Below, in pieces: positions 17,201-25,800 of a stretch of 35,561 bases of DNA. The notes under the pieces are model-generated. The model was not told the origin of the DNA. It saw nothing but the letters and a program-made list of their open reading frames with translations, and made no database searches. The position numbers and the translations under genes were made by a program. This DNA is from an uncultured Gammaproteobacteria bacterium (lineage in GTDB: Bacteria > Patescibacteriota > Patescibacteriia > Patescibacteriales > UBA12465), in contig CAYGOK010000006.1 of NCBI GenBank assembly GCA_964351585.1, positions 1 through 35,561 on the forward strand, written 5' to 3'. How positions within the stretch are numbered: the stretch's first letter is position 1; every line of letters begins with the position of its first letter.

Positions 17201-18226
17201 AACACGACGGTATAAATCATTTAAATCGGAAGCGGCAAAGCGACCACCATCAAGAGCGACCATCGGGCGCAAATCTGGTGGAACAACCGGCAGAATCGTC
17301 ATAATCATCCACTCTGGACGGAGGTCGTTATTTTTAAAATTCTTAAGTAGTTTAAGGCGCTTAACTAATTTTTCTTTCTTAGACTCAACCGCATCGGAAA
17401 GTTTTTCTTCCAGATTAACAATACTCTTCTCTAGATCAATTTTTTCTAATAACTTTCGAACTGCCTCAGCCCCAATAGAGGCTTCAAAGATGTGACCAAA
17501 TTTCAAACTCAAAGATTGATACTGCTGCTCAGATAAAATAAGAAGTGGTCTAAGTTCTTTAAGTTCCTTTTGGGTGGAAGAAAAATCCTCATCTAAACGA
17601 GCAACCTTATCTTCTTTAGCCTGCAAGGCTTCCTTAATATCAACTGCTTCACCGCCCTGCTCTTTAGATTTCTTAACCAGATTATTATATTCGCTTTCGT
17701 ATCCCTTTAACTTACTCTTGTATTCAGTCTTAATCTGCAAAATAGCAGCTTCTTTTAAATCTTCATCAACTTCAGTAACAATAAAGCTCGCGTAGTAAAT
17801 AACTTTTTCTAGAGATTGGATACCAAGGTTAAGCAATAAGCCAATCTTAGAGGATAGGCCGCGCAAAAACCAAATGTGGGTCGCAGGGACCTGCAAAGTA
17901 ATATGACCAAAGCGTTCGCGTCTAACGATGCTTCTAGTAACTTCAACGCCACATTTATCACAAACTATGCCTTTATAGCGGATTTTCTTATACTTTCCGC
18001 AAGCACATTCCCAGTCCTTGGTTGGACCGAAAATCTTTTCACAGAAAAGACCGTCTTTTTCCGGCTTCTGCGTACGATAGTTGATCGTTTCCGGACGAGT
18101 GACTTCGCCGTTAGACCAAGCGGAAACCTGATCCGGGCTGGCAAGTTTCAGACGGATAGCGTCGAAATCGCTGGTTTTTATTGGATTCAACATAAGGATA
18201 TATAGATGCTTTTTAAATTGATTCAA
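14273..18226 (-). CDS. rpoC: DNA-directed RNA polymerase subunit beta'
   Basis: 1317 aa. It has the Zn motif 'CACGKYKK..CDKCGVEV', the catalytic 'NADFDGDQM' and a trigger-loop/bridge region. The track start at 18226 is TTG. The alternative ATG at 18193 would give 'MLNPIKTSDFDAI...'. Confidence 0.97.
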   Translation of the reverse strand: MNQFKKHLYILMLNPIKTSDFDAIRLKLASPDQVSAWSNGEVTRPETINYRTQKPEKDGLFCEKIFGPTKDWECACGKYKKIRYKGIVCDKCGVEVTRSIVRRERFGHITLQVPATHIWFLRGLSSKIGLLLNLGIQSLEKVIYYASFIVTEVDEDLKEAAILQIKTEYKSKLKGYESEYNNLVKKSKEQGGEAVDIKEALQAKEDKVARLDEDFSSTQKELKELRPLLILSEQQYQSLSLKFGHIFEASIGAEAVRKLLEKIDLEKSIVNLEEKLSDAVESKKEKLVKRLKLLKNFKNNDLRPEWMIMTILPVVPPDLRPMVALDGGRFAASDLNDLYRRVINRNNRLRQLIDLNAPEVICRNEKRMLQEAVDALIDNSARHTKTVTASTGQKRQLKSLADTLKGKQGRFRQNLLGKRVDYSGRSVIVVNPKLNLDQCGLPKIMALELFKPFIISQLIKREIVHNVRSASRYIEAGHDEVWDILEEIVKGAFVLLNRAPTLHRLGIQAFRPVLIEGKAIQIHPLVCTAFNADFDGDQMAVHVPLTKEAKHEAEHLMLSTHNLLKPATGDPIIAPGQDIVWGTYYITLVNKDYADKPKEEARHFYNEDEAYLAYDNNFIDLHEPIYVKREDGMLKTTVGRLIFNSILPEKLRFVNDVVGKGKLKDMIRECLHIYGEEETVRFIDNLKNRSFAFITKSGLSWGFGDLPSLPEKDRLIEAANEKIDTIQEQYEEGLLTESERYSKVIEEWTNTKDKVAEICKKGLNDILPVYSMIDSGARGSWAQPVQILGMKGLVTSPSGAILELPVKGNFKKGFGVLEYFISTHGVRKGLSDTALRTANAGYLTRRLVDVSQDVIVTEDDCGDTTGVIINKADAEQAGEDFYKKVIGRYLAQDAVDADGKVIVKAGDIMDEDNLKAIKASSVSSMQIRSVLSCHMHKGICAKCYGWDLAFNKEVKIGSTVGIIAAQSIGEPGTQLTMRTFHTGGVAGQEDITQGLPRVEEIFEARSPKKKALISDVAGRVKIEFAQKTIRDKDGKEILVDNPQAKILSVYYKGEDSDKYYFSEKINEIKLAEGLTTKDKKKLEVKVIAKDGEQVDKNSDLFSVGGNLVKAKVAGIAHVTDKYVSVAKEVEKVKEHSILKGTMMLVKDGEIIERGTQLTEGSLDLRELYKLKGQLATQKYIIREIQYVYSSQGQPLNDKHVEIIARQMFSRFFVTDSGDTNLLPGETIEEEVFFQANKDVKKPSQAERLLLGITKASLTTDSFLSAASFQETSRVLIDAAVAGKIDYLEGLKENVIIGCLIPAGTGYKGKKQRFEYSK

Positions 18227-18259
18227 GCTGTGCGCCTAGTTGACGCAGGCAGCGACTTA

Positions 18260-21200
18260 TTATTCGCTCTTACCACCTTCTTCAGATATGGTGGCAATAA
18301 TTTCTGGCTTTTCGTAATCAAACTTTTCATCCTTAATTGGCTCTTCATCAAGACCAGTAATTACTTCAGAGGCTGGAACTTCATTCTCGCCGCCGAGTAA
18401 ATCAACGTTGAGACCCAAGCCCTTAAGTTCGCGAATAAGAACGTTGAAAGATTCAGGAACATTCAACTTCTCAATTTCTTCGCCCTTAATAATTGATTCA
18501 TAGGCCTTACTACGTCCTGGAATATCATCAGACTTAATGGTCAAAATTTCTTGTAAAGTATGGGCAGCGCCGTAACCTTCAAGAGCCCAAACTTCCATTT
18601 CTCCAAATCTCTGTCCGCCGAATTGAGCTTTACCGCCTAAAGGCTGTTGAGTGATTAAGGAGTATGGACCAATAGAGCGCTGGTGAATCTTATCTTCAAC
18701 CATGTGGTTAAGTTTAAGCATGTACTTGTAACCAACCGTAATCTTATGATCATATGGCTGACCAGTCTTACCATCATATAAGAAAATCTTTCCATCTTCT
18801 GGTAAACCAGCTTTTTTAAGTTCAGTTTTAATTCTATCTTCATCAATACCATTTAAGGCTGGTGACATTACGCGGTAACCTAGCTTCTTAGCAGCAAAAC
18901 CAAGATGAGTTTCAAGCAACTGTCCGAGGTTCATACGAGAAATAATACCAAGAGGAGACAAAATAATATCAATTGGAGTGCCATCAGCTAAATAAGGCAT
19001 ATCTTCAACTGGAACAATGCGAGAAATGACACCTTTATTACCATGACGTCCAGACATTTTATCACCGACTTGAATCTTGCGGAGATTAGCAACAGAAACT
19101 TGAATTGATTTCAAAACGCCGGCAGAAAGTTTGTCACCTTCTTCGCGAGAGAAAATCTTGATATCAACTACTTTACCGTGTTCACCATGCTCTAAATATA
19201 AAGATGAATCACGAACGTCTTTAGCCTTTTCGCCAAAGATAGCACGCAATAACTTTTCTTCAGCTGATAAAGTTGTTTCTCCCTTAGGAGTAATTTTACC
19301 AACCAAGATATCACCAGAAGAAACTTCAGCACCGATGCGAATAATACCTTCATCATCAAGATTCTTTAATTTTTCTTCACTGATGTTAGGAATATCATTA
19401 GTAACTATTTCTGGACCAAGCTTGGTGTCACGAACATCAATTGTATAATTTTCAATATGGATAGAAGAATAAATATCCTTCTTCACTAAATTTTCAGAAA
19501 TAATAATAGCGTCTTCATAATTGAAGCCTTCCCAGGTCATGAAAGCAACGAGCACGTTGCGACCCAAGGATAATTCACCGTTATCAATCGCTGGACCATC
19601 AGATAAAATTTGACCCTTCTTAACTTTCTCGCCAACTTCAATCGTTGGGTGCTGGTTAATACAAGTTGAAGAGTTGGAACGTAAAAACTTATTAAGATTA
19701 TAAGTAATTGTCTGCCCCTTCTTGGTTTCAATTTCAATCACACCAGCATCAGCACGAGTAATAAGACCATCTTCATCGGCCACAACGACGTGTCCGCTAT
19801 CACGAGCCGCTCTTTCTTCCATGCCAGTACCAACAACAGGCGCTTCACTCTTAACAAGTGGAACAGCCTGACGTTGCATGTTCGTTCCCATCAAAGATCT
19901 CTGACCATCATTGTGTTCCATGAAGGGAATTAAGGATGTAGCAACAGAAATAATTTGATTAGCGGCTACGCCAACAAAGTCGACTTTGTCGACATCTTCC
20001 ATGCCAGGTTGACCATGCTTACGAGCTTCATATCTAGATACGAGAAAATAACCATCATTATCAGTCGGAACAGTTGAAGCAATGGTTACATATTTTTCTT
20101 CTTCAAAAGCATCAAGATAAACAATTTCATCAGTAACACGTGGACCCTTCTTATCTTTAACTACTTTTCGATATGGGGTTTCTAAGAAACCGTAGCTATT
20201 AAGACGGGCATAGCTGGCTAAGTGGCCAACTAAACCGATATTTGGACCTTCAGGAGTAGCAATCGGACAAATACGACCGTAGTGAGTAGCATGTACATCA
20301 CGAACATCAAAGCCGGCGCGCTCACGAGTCAAACCACCTGGACCCATAGCAGATAAACGACGCTTATGTTCAAGTTCAGCTAAAGGATTAGTTTGATCCA
20401 TGAATTGGGAAAGCTGAGAAGACATGAAGAATTCTCTAACCACACCAATCACGGGGCGGGCATTAATTAATTTTGAAGGAGTTAAAGTAGCAATGTCTGA
20501 AGTAGACATTCTATCTTTAATAATTCTTTCCATGCGGGCTAAACCAACACGGAAACGATTCTGAATTAAACCACCAATCGCACGAACACGACGATTTCCA
20601 AGATGATCAATATCATCTTCTGGTTCTTTAGTAATATTTAAACGGATAACTTCTTTAATAATCAAAACTAAATCTTCTTGACGTAAAATTCGGAATTCCT
20701 TCTTATTGGAAGGTAAATCAAGATCAAAACGGCGATTTAATTTATAACGTCCAACACGACCGAAATCATAGCGGTCGAAACGGAAGAACATAGAGTGGAT
20801 AAGCTGACGAGCATTATCAACTGAAGCTAAATCTCCTGGACGAATACGGCGATAGACTTCTTGCAAACCTTCAGCTTCATTCTTGGCAGCGTCTTTTTCA
20901 ATAGTCGCCTCCATGAAAGTCTTTTCATCGTCGCTCTTTACCAAATCTACATCTTGGAAAGTTTTTATAATTTCTTCATCAGTTTCATAACCAAAAGCAC
21001 GCAACAAAGAAGTTACGGCAACTTTTCTTTTTCTGTCGATTCTAACCCAAAGCACTTTGCTTGGATCAGTTTCAATTTCTAACCAAGCGCCACGATTAGG
21101 AATAATCTTGGCGCCATAACATTTCTTACCCTTAATAAACTCCGCAGTGAACATAACACCGGCGGATCTAATAAGCTGAGAAACAACAACACGCTCAATA

Positions 21201-21559
21201 CCATTAATGATGAAGGTTCCCTTATCAGTCATCAATGGAAAATCACCAAGAAACACTTCTTGGTTAACAGCATGATTGGTCTTCTTATTGAGTAGTCTTG
21301 TCTTAACGCGTAAAGGAGCCTCGTAGGTAATATTTTTTTCTCGGCTTTCAATTTCCGAGAATTTGGGCTCATCCAAATAATAATCCTCCAGATACAGTTC
21401 TAGATCGCGACCAATAAAATCGGCCACGGGATTTATCTCATCGAAGAGTTCGGCTAAGCCTTCCTTTAAGAACCAATTATAGGAATCCTTTTGGATTTCT
21501 ATCAGGTCCGGCATAGGCAGGACAGCTTTCTCCTCGAAAAATGATGTGCGCTTGGACAT
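18260..21559 (-). CDS. rpoB: DNA-directed RNA polymerase subunit beta
   Basis: 1099 aa, a compact form. Motifs are '[13 protein letters not shown]', '[20 protein letters not shown]' and '[12 protein letters not shown]'. It lies 33 nt upstream of rpoC. Confidence 0.97.
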   Translation of the reverse strand: MSKRTSFFEEKAVLPMPDLIEIQKDSYNWFLKEGLAELFDEINPVADFIGRDLELYLEDYYLDEPKFSEIESREKNITYEAPLRVKTRLLNKKTNHAVNQEVFLGDFPLMTDKGTFIINGIERVVVSQLIRSAGVMFTAEFIKGKKCYGAKIIPNRGAWLEIETDPSKVLWVRIDRKRKVAVTSLLRAFGYETDEEIIKTFQDVDLVKSDDEKTFMEATIEKDAAKNEAEGLQEVYRRIRPGDLASVDNARQLIHSMFFRFDRYDFGRVGRYKLNRRFDLDLPSNKKEFRILRQEDLVLIIKEVIRLNITKEPEDDIDHLGNRRVRAIGGLIQNRFRVGLARMERIIKDRMSTSDIATLTPSKLINARPVIGVVREFFMSSQLSQFMDQTNPLAELEHKRRLSAMGPGGLTRERAGFDVRDVHATHYGRICPIATPEGPNIGLVGHLASYARLNSYGFLETPYRKVVKDKKGPRVTDEIVYLDAFEEEKYVTIASTVPTDNDGYFLVSRYEARKHGQPGMEDVDKVDFVGVAANQIISVATSLIPFMEHNDGQRSLMGTNMQRQAVPLVKSEAPVVGTGMEERAARDSGHVVVADEDGLITRADAGVIEIETKKGQTITYNLNKFLRSNSSTCINQHPTIEVGEKVKKGQILSDGPAIDNGELSLGRNVLVAFMTWEGFNYEDAIIISENLVKKDIYSSIHIENYTIDVRDTKLGPEIVTNDIPNISEEKLKNLDDEGIIRIGAEVSSGDILVGKITPKGETTLSAEEKLLRAIFGEKAKDVRDSSLYLEHGEHGKVVDIKIFSREEGDKLSAGVLKSIQVSVANLRKIQVGDKMSGRHGNKGVISRIVPVEDMPYLADGTPIDIILSPLGIISRMNLGQLLETHLGFAAKKLGYRVMSPALNGIDEDRIKTELKKAGLPEDGKIFLYDGKTGQPYDHKITVGYKYMLKLNHMVEDKIHQRSIGPYSLITQQPLGGKAQFGGQRFGEMEVWALEGYGAAHTLQEILTIKSDDIPGRSKAYESIIKGEEIEKLNVPESFNVLIRELKGLGLNVDLLGGENEVPASEVITGLDEEPIKDEKFDYEKPEIIATISEEGGKSE

Positions 21560-21577
21560 AATGCGTATATAGAGTAT

Positions 21578-21606
21578 TTTTTAAATAAAAGAAAAATAAA
21601 GGTCAA
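21578..21606 (-). promoter_or_regulatory. Candidate rpoB promoter
   Basis: On the minus strand, TTGACC (21606-21601) is followed by a 17-nt spacer and TAAAAA (21583-21578). That leaves a ~12-nt leader without a Shine-Dalgarno motif. This is a motif match only. Confidence 0.3.
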
Positions 21607-21765
21607 AAAAACATAGCCTTTATTTGGATTACTGGTTTTTAACAAAAAAACCCCCAATCCCAATTTGGCTTGAGTTTTAACGTTTATTTAGTTAGCTCTT
21701 AGGTTGATAATTCACTTTTTTTGATAAAAAAGTGTAAGCGTACTCTTATGATATGATAAGCGTCT

Positions 21766-23193
21766 TTATTTGTCAATACACAGCTTGTCCCCAATTGCCT
21801 GTTTTAAGGCCTCCCTATCATCCCAGGGTGCCTGAACGCCATTAGCCAAACAAATATACTGCTCTGCTCCTTTGCCGGTTAGGAGAACTATATCATTTTT
21901 TTTGGCTAAATATACAGCTTTTTTAATAGCCTCAGCCCGATCAAGGACTTTAAACAAATCTTCACCATTAACCTTCCCAGACATCTCGGCGCCAGCAGCC
22001 ACCTGATTAATAATCGCCGCTGGATCCTCATCATACGGATCTTCGTTAGTAACAACTACAATATCGGCATTTTCGGCCGCCAAACGTCCCATAATTGGTC
22101 GACGCGCTTTATCACGACCACCTCCGGCTGAACCCAGAACATGGATTAGGCGACGATGTGGTAAAACCGAAATAGTATTATAAAGTTTTTCTAGCGCTCG
22201 AGGCTCAAAAGAATAATCGACCATAGCAATAAATTCCTGTCCCGCCTCAATAATTTCCATCTTACCGGCTAAGTGTCGAACGCTTTCTAGTCCAATCTTA
22301 ATTTTTTCAGGAGCTAGTCCCTGATCAACGCCAACACTATAGGCCGCTAAAGCATTATAAGCATTAAAACTACCAAGCAGATTAAGGTGAACGCGCTGAC
22401 CAGAAACTTCCAATTCTAAACCAGAAGCATCTGACTCTAAAAGTTCACCGCGAAAAAACGCAAATTCTTTAACTGCCGCCTCACTACTAAGACCGGTTAA
22501 TAAAGCATTTAAATCTGCATCCGGATCAAGCGAATAAGCCGCTTTAGCCTCACTCCAAAAATTTAAAAAGTAACTAGCATGCTCATCATCGCCATTAACG
22601 ATGATGGTTTTTTTAATACGAGAAAGATCTAGTTTTACTAACCCCTTATTAGTAAGACAAACTTTTTTAGTGCTATCGGCATATTTATTACCGAAACGAT
22701 GCAGATGAGCAAACAATTTACCCTTAGCTTCTTTATATTTTTCAAAGCTACCATGAGATTCGATATGCTCAGGATATAATCCAGTAAAAACTAGAGTGTC
22801 ATAATTTATAAAACGATGACGGAATTGTTTGATCCCCTCTGAGGTTGTTTCAATAACTGCATAGCGGCAGCCATTTTTTACCATGCGACTAATCATTTTT
22901 TGAATAAAAAAACGACCAGGCATGGTCATCTTTTTATCATTTAACCATTCTTTCTCTCCATCAGAAAAAACTGCAGTTGAAGTAAACCCAGTCTTATAGC
23001 CAGCCGCCTCTAGCATCTTCGCAATCATGTAAACAGTAGAAGTTTTTCCAGCAGTGCCAGTCACGCCAATCACGATTAGACGACGACTAGGAAAACCAGA
23101 AACAACTGCCGCCGTTAAACTTAATACAAAATGATAAGCAGGCTGCAGTGCAAGAAATAATTTTTTGGGAATTATTTTTTTAAATCTATTCAT
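21766..23193 (-). CDS. Mur ligase family protein. It is MurE-like in its central and C-terminal domains but lacks the N-terminal UDP-binding domain.
   Basis: 475 aa. The P-loop 'GVTGTAGKTST' starts at about residue 44. Other motifs are 'ETTSEG' (compare 'EVSSHG'), 'PEHIESHGSFEKYKEAKGKLF', 'AGKMEII', 'VDYSFEP' and 'GSAGGGRD...VVTNEDPYDEDP'. An in-frame stop at 23220-23218 prevents N-terminal extension. Confidence 0.75.
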   Translation of the reverse strand: MNRFKKIIPKKLFLALQPAYHFVLSLTAAVVSGFPSRRLIVIGVTGTAGKTSTVYMIAKMLEAAGYKTGFTSTAVFSDGEKEWLNDKKMTMPGRFFIQKMISRMVKNGCRYAVIETTSEGIKQFRHRFINYDTLVFTGLYPEHIESHGSFEKYKEAKGKLFAHLHRFGNKYADSTKKVCLTNKGLVKLDLSRIKKTIIVNGDDEHASYFLNFWSEAKAAYSLDPDADLNALLTGLSSEAAVKEFAFFRGELLESDASGLELEVSGQRVHLNLLGSFNAYNALAAYSVGVDQGLAPEKIKIGLESVRHLAGKMEIIEAGQEFIAMVDYSFEPRALEKLYNTISVLPHRRLIHVLGSAGGGRDKARRPIMGRLAAENADIVVVTNEDPYDEDPAAIINQVAAGAEMSGKVNGEDLFKVLDRAEAIKKAVYLAKKNDIVLLTGKGAEQYICLANGVQAPWDDREALKQAIGDKLCIDK

Positions 23194-23198
23194 GTAAT

Positions 23199-25790
23199 TT
23201 AACGGGCAAAAAACATTTCATCGTCATCGTCTGGTGGAAATGATTTTTTAGCAGGAGTGGAAGGGTTTTTTGAAGCTGGCTTTTCATCATCATCTTTCTC
23301 ATCCTCATCATCTTCTGTTGTTTCCTGTTTTTCTTTAATCTCTTCAAGAATTTCATTTTCATCATCAATTACCTCCTCCTCTTCTTGTTCAGTTAAGCTT
23401 AGTTCTTCAATAATATCTTCTTCAGAAGATTCTTCCTCGGAATTATCTTCCTCTTCTTCCTCTTCTTCAGCTTCTTCGACCTCTTCTTGAACACCATGAC
23501 CAAAATCTAAGACACCGTCATCACCCTCCTCTTCTTCAAAATAACTCGCCGGTGCTTTAGCGGCGGAACGATCATGAACAGGCATACCACTAATACCTCC
23601 TGAAGCTTCATACTGTTCACGGCTAATCATTACCTCACGTGGCTTCGAGCCATTAGAGGGACCAATAATACCAGCTTCTTCTAACATGTCTAAAATTTTA
23701 GCCGCCCGACCATAGCCGATTGATAAACGGCGCTGCAACATTGAAGTTGAGGCTTTGCCAGCCTTAATAATAATATCGCGCGCTTCAGCAAATAACTCAT
23801 CTTCGTCGCCATGATTACCATCCAGACCAACGCCAGCGACGCCACCGACTTTCTGTCTATCAGTAATTCCCTCCATATATTCAGCTTCGCCACTTTTTTC
23901 TTTAATATAATTTACAACATCATTAATTTCATTGTCACTTAAATAAGCGCCCTGAATACGTTTTGGCTTAGATAGTTCTGGGGTGGAAAATAACATATCT
24001 CCCTGACCAAGTAATTTCTCGGCACCGGAAGTGTCTAAAATAGTTTTAGAATCAACAAGCGAAGCAACTGAGAAAGCAATACGCGTTGGGATATTGGCCT
24101 TAATTAGACCAGTAATAACATCAACGCTTGGTCTCTGGGTTGCTAAGATAAGATGGATGCCAATCGCACGTGACATTTGAGCTAGACGAATAATGGCCGC
24201 TTCCATTTCCTTGCCTGCTGTCATCATAAAGTCAGCAAGCTCATCAATAATATAAACAATGTATGGAAGTTTTTCTGAAGCGGTTTGATTGTAGGATTGA
24301 ATATTTTTCTTTCCTGACTTATTTAAAACATCATAGCGCCTATCCATTTCATTAAGACACCACTTTAAAGAATTAATAGTCTTAGAAACCTCGGTAATAA
24401 CCGGAGTTAATAAATGAGGAATACCATTATAGGTAGGGAGTTCAACGCGCTTAGGATCAACCATAATAAAACGTAATTCGTCCGGATTATTTTGATATAA
24501 CAAACTAACAATGATTGCATTCAAGCAAACTGATTTGCCAGAATTAGTCGCACCCGCTACTAGCAAATGCGGCATTCTAGTTAAATCATATAACCAAGAA
24601 GTGCCAGCCACGTCTTTTCCTAAAGCAATAAATAAATTATTCTTGCGATTTTTAAAAGCTTCGTCTTCTAGAATTTCCCTTAAACCAACAATTGCCTTGG
24701 ATTTATTTGGAACTTCGACTCCAACTAGTGACTTTCCAGGGATAGGCGCCTCAATACGAATCGGATGAGCAGCTAAAGCTAGTGACAAATCATTATTCAA
24801 AGTAATAATACGAGAAAGCTTAACGCCTTCAGCGGGGCGAAATGAATACTGCGTTACGGTTGGACCAACTTTAGTATCTCCCATCTCAACTTCAATCCCA
24901 AACTTATCAAGCGTGCTTTTAATGCGTAAGGCGCCGGCCTCGGTATCGTTGCCAATCGCTTTTGCAAACTTATTATTTAATAACTCCATCGGCAAATCAA
25001 TTTTAATAGACCGCTTAGGCCAAGTAATTTTTTCTTGAACCTTCTTAGCGTCTTTATACTTAGCCGCTGGTACTTCCATTTCTTCACTCTCTTCAGAAAC
25101 AATATCAACATCGCGCTTCTGCCAGGCTCCTAAAACTTCTTCGCGTGCTGAAGCAATTAGCTCAGCTTTTTCATCACTTGCTTCAGATAAATCTTCTTCT
25201 TGCCCCTTAGAAAACAGCTCATGAAAAAATAAAGCAAACGGCTGAAAGAAACGCGCTAGCCAACTTTCTCGACCAACAATCTTTTCCAAAGAGGTATTAA
25301 AAGTTAAAACTAGGGCGATTAAAAGAATGGCAGTTAAAACTATAACTCCTCCCCAAAAACCAAGAGCATAGAAAAACATTCGACTCAAATAATAACCAAC
25401 ATAGCCACCTCCTTCTCCTAGCTTAGCCAAGGCCAACCAATTGTTTTGATTAGTAAAAAAATGAAATAAGGTTTGATAAGAAATAAAAAGTAGCCCAACT
25501 CCCAAATAATCATTAAGTCTTAAAGGTGAAGCCTCTTTCTTAATCATGCGCCAGGCCCAATAAAGAATAACAATGGGAAAAAACCATTTGCCAGCTCCAA
25601 ACGCTAGAGAAAGTTTTTCAGAAACAAATTGTCCGAAGTTGCCAGACAAATCAAAAAGGCCAAGAAGACTAATTGAGCCTAGAGCTAGCAATAAAACAAT
25701 ACCAATACTACGTTTCGCTCTATCATCAAGCTGAAACTCAGGCATTGTTACATAATCTAAAGGGTTCTGATTTTTCTTTTTTCTTCCCAT
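23199..25790 (-). CDS. ftsK: DNA translocase FtsK/SpoIIIE with an extra polyacidic C-terminal tail
   Basis: 863 aa. It has N-terminal TM helices, Walker A 'AGATNSGKSV', Walker B 'YIIDELAD', 'ATQRPSVDVITG' and the gamma winged-helix 'MLQRRLSIGYGRAAKILDMLEEAGIIG'. About 133 more residues follow the gamma domain. Confidence 0.9.
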   Translation of the reverse strand: MGRKKKNQNPLDYVTMPEFQLDDRAKRSIGIVLLLALGSISLLGLFDLSGNFGQFVSEKLSLAFGAGKWFFPIVILYWAWRMIKKEASPLRLNDYLGVGLLFISYQTLFHFFTNQNNWLALAKLGEGGGYVGYYLSRMFFYALGFWGGVIVLTAILLIALVLTFNTSLEKIVGRESWLARFFQPFALFFHELFSKGQEEDLSEASDEKAELIASAREEVLGAWQKRDVDIVSEESEEMEVPAAKYKDAKKVQEKITWPKRSIKIDLPMELLNNKFAKAIGNDTEAGALRIKSTLDKFGIEVEMGDTKVGPTVTQYSFRPAEGVKLSRIITLNNDLSLALAAHPIRIEAPIPGKSLVGVEVPNKSKAIVGLREILEDEAFKNRKNNLFIALGKDVAGTSWLYDLTRMPHLLVAGATNSGKSVCLNAIIVSLLYQNNPDELRFIMVDPKRVELPTYNGIPHLLTPVITEVSKTINSLKWCLNEMDRRYDVLNKSGKKNIQSYNQTASEKLPYIVYIIDELADFMMTAGKEMEAAIIRLAQMSRAIGIHLILATQRPSVDVITGLIKANIPTRIAFSVASLVDSKTILDTSGAEKLLGQGDMLFSTPELSKPKRIQGAYLSDNEINDVVNYIKEKSGEAEYMEGITDRQKVGGVAGVGLDGNHGDEDELFAEARDIIIKAGKASTSMLQRRLSIGYGRAAKILDMLEEAGIIGPSNGSKPREVMISREQYEASGGISGMPVHDRSAAKAPASYFEEEEGDDGVLDFGHGVQEEVEEAEEEEEEEDNSEEESSEEDIIEELSLTEQEEEEVIDDENEILEEIKEKQETTEDDEDEKDDDEKPASKNPSTPAKKSFPPDDDDEMFFAR
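23202..23537 (-). other. Low-complexity GAA/GAT-rich segment encoding the 112-aa polyacidic FtsK tail
   Basis: The tail reads 'EEEEGDDGVLDFGHGVQEEVEEAEEEEEEEDNSEEESSEEDIIEEL...DDEDEKDDDEKPASKNPSTPAKKSFPPDDDDEMFFAR'. The same segment generates spurious poly-Ser (antisense) and Met/Lys-rich (alternative-frame) ORFs in the track. Confidence 0.85.
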
Positions 25791-25800
25791 ATAATATACA

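Noticed and set aside
17136-18205. Long + strand ORFs (119 aa and 109 aa, plus 15149-15385, 17574-17795, 19131-19448 and 20861-21082) antisense to rpoC/rpoB
   Set aside because: These are typical shadow ORFs opposite highly constrained genes in AT-rich DNA. They are Arg/Ser/Leu-rich and have no promoter or start context. rpoB and rpoC fully explain the sequence.
21560-21765. Possible small RNA (SRP/4.5S, riboswitch, L10-leader-like element) in the 206-nt region upstream of rpoB
   Set aside because: I could not find the SRP domain IV motifs (GGAA tetraloop with flanking conserved loops) or any riboswitch core I recognise. Only AT-rich hairpins and a promoter-like motif are present. It is kept as a low-interest note under the rpoBC finding.
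23186-23368. 60-aa Met/Lys-rich ORF on the minus strand, overlapping the FtsK 3' end and the Mur ligase start
   Set aside because: It is an alternative frame of the same low-complexity tract. It overlaps two well-supported genes, and its composition is explained by frame-shifted GAA/GAT repeats.
23257-23490. 77-aa poly-Ser ORF on the + strand
   Set aside because: It is the antisense reading of the GAA/GAT-rich DNA encoding the FtsK acidic tail (TTC/TCT/CTT codons give Ser, Phe and Leu). It has no independent start context and is a low-complexity artefact.
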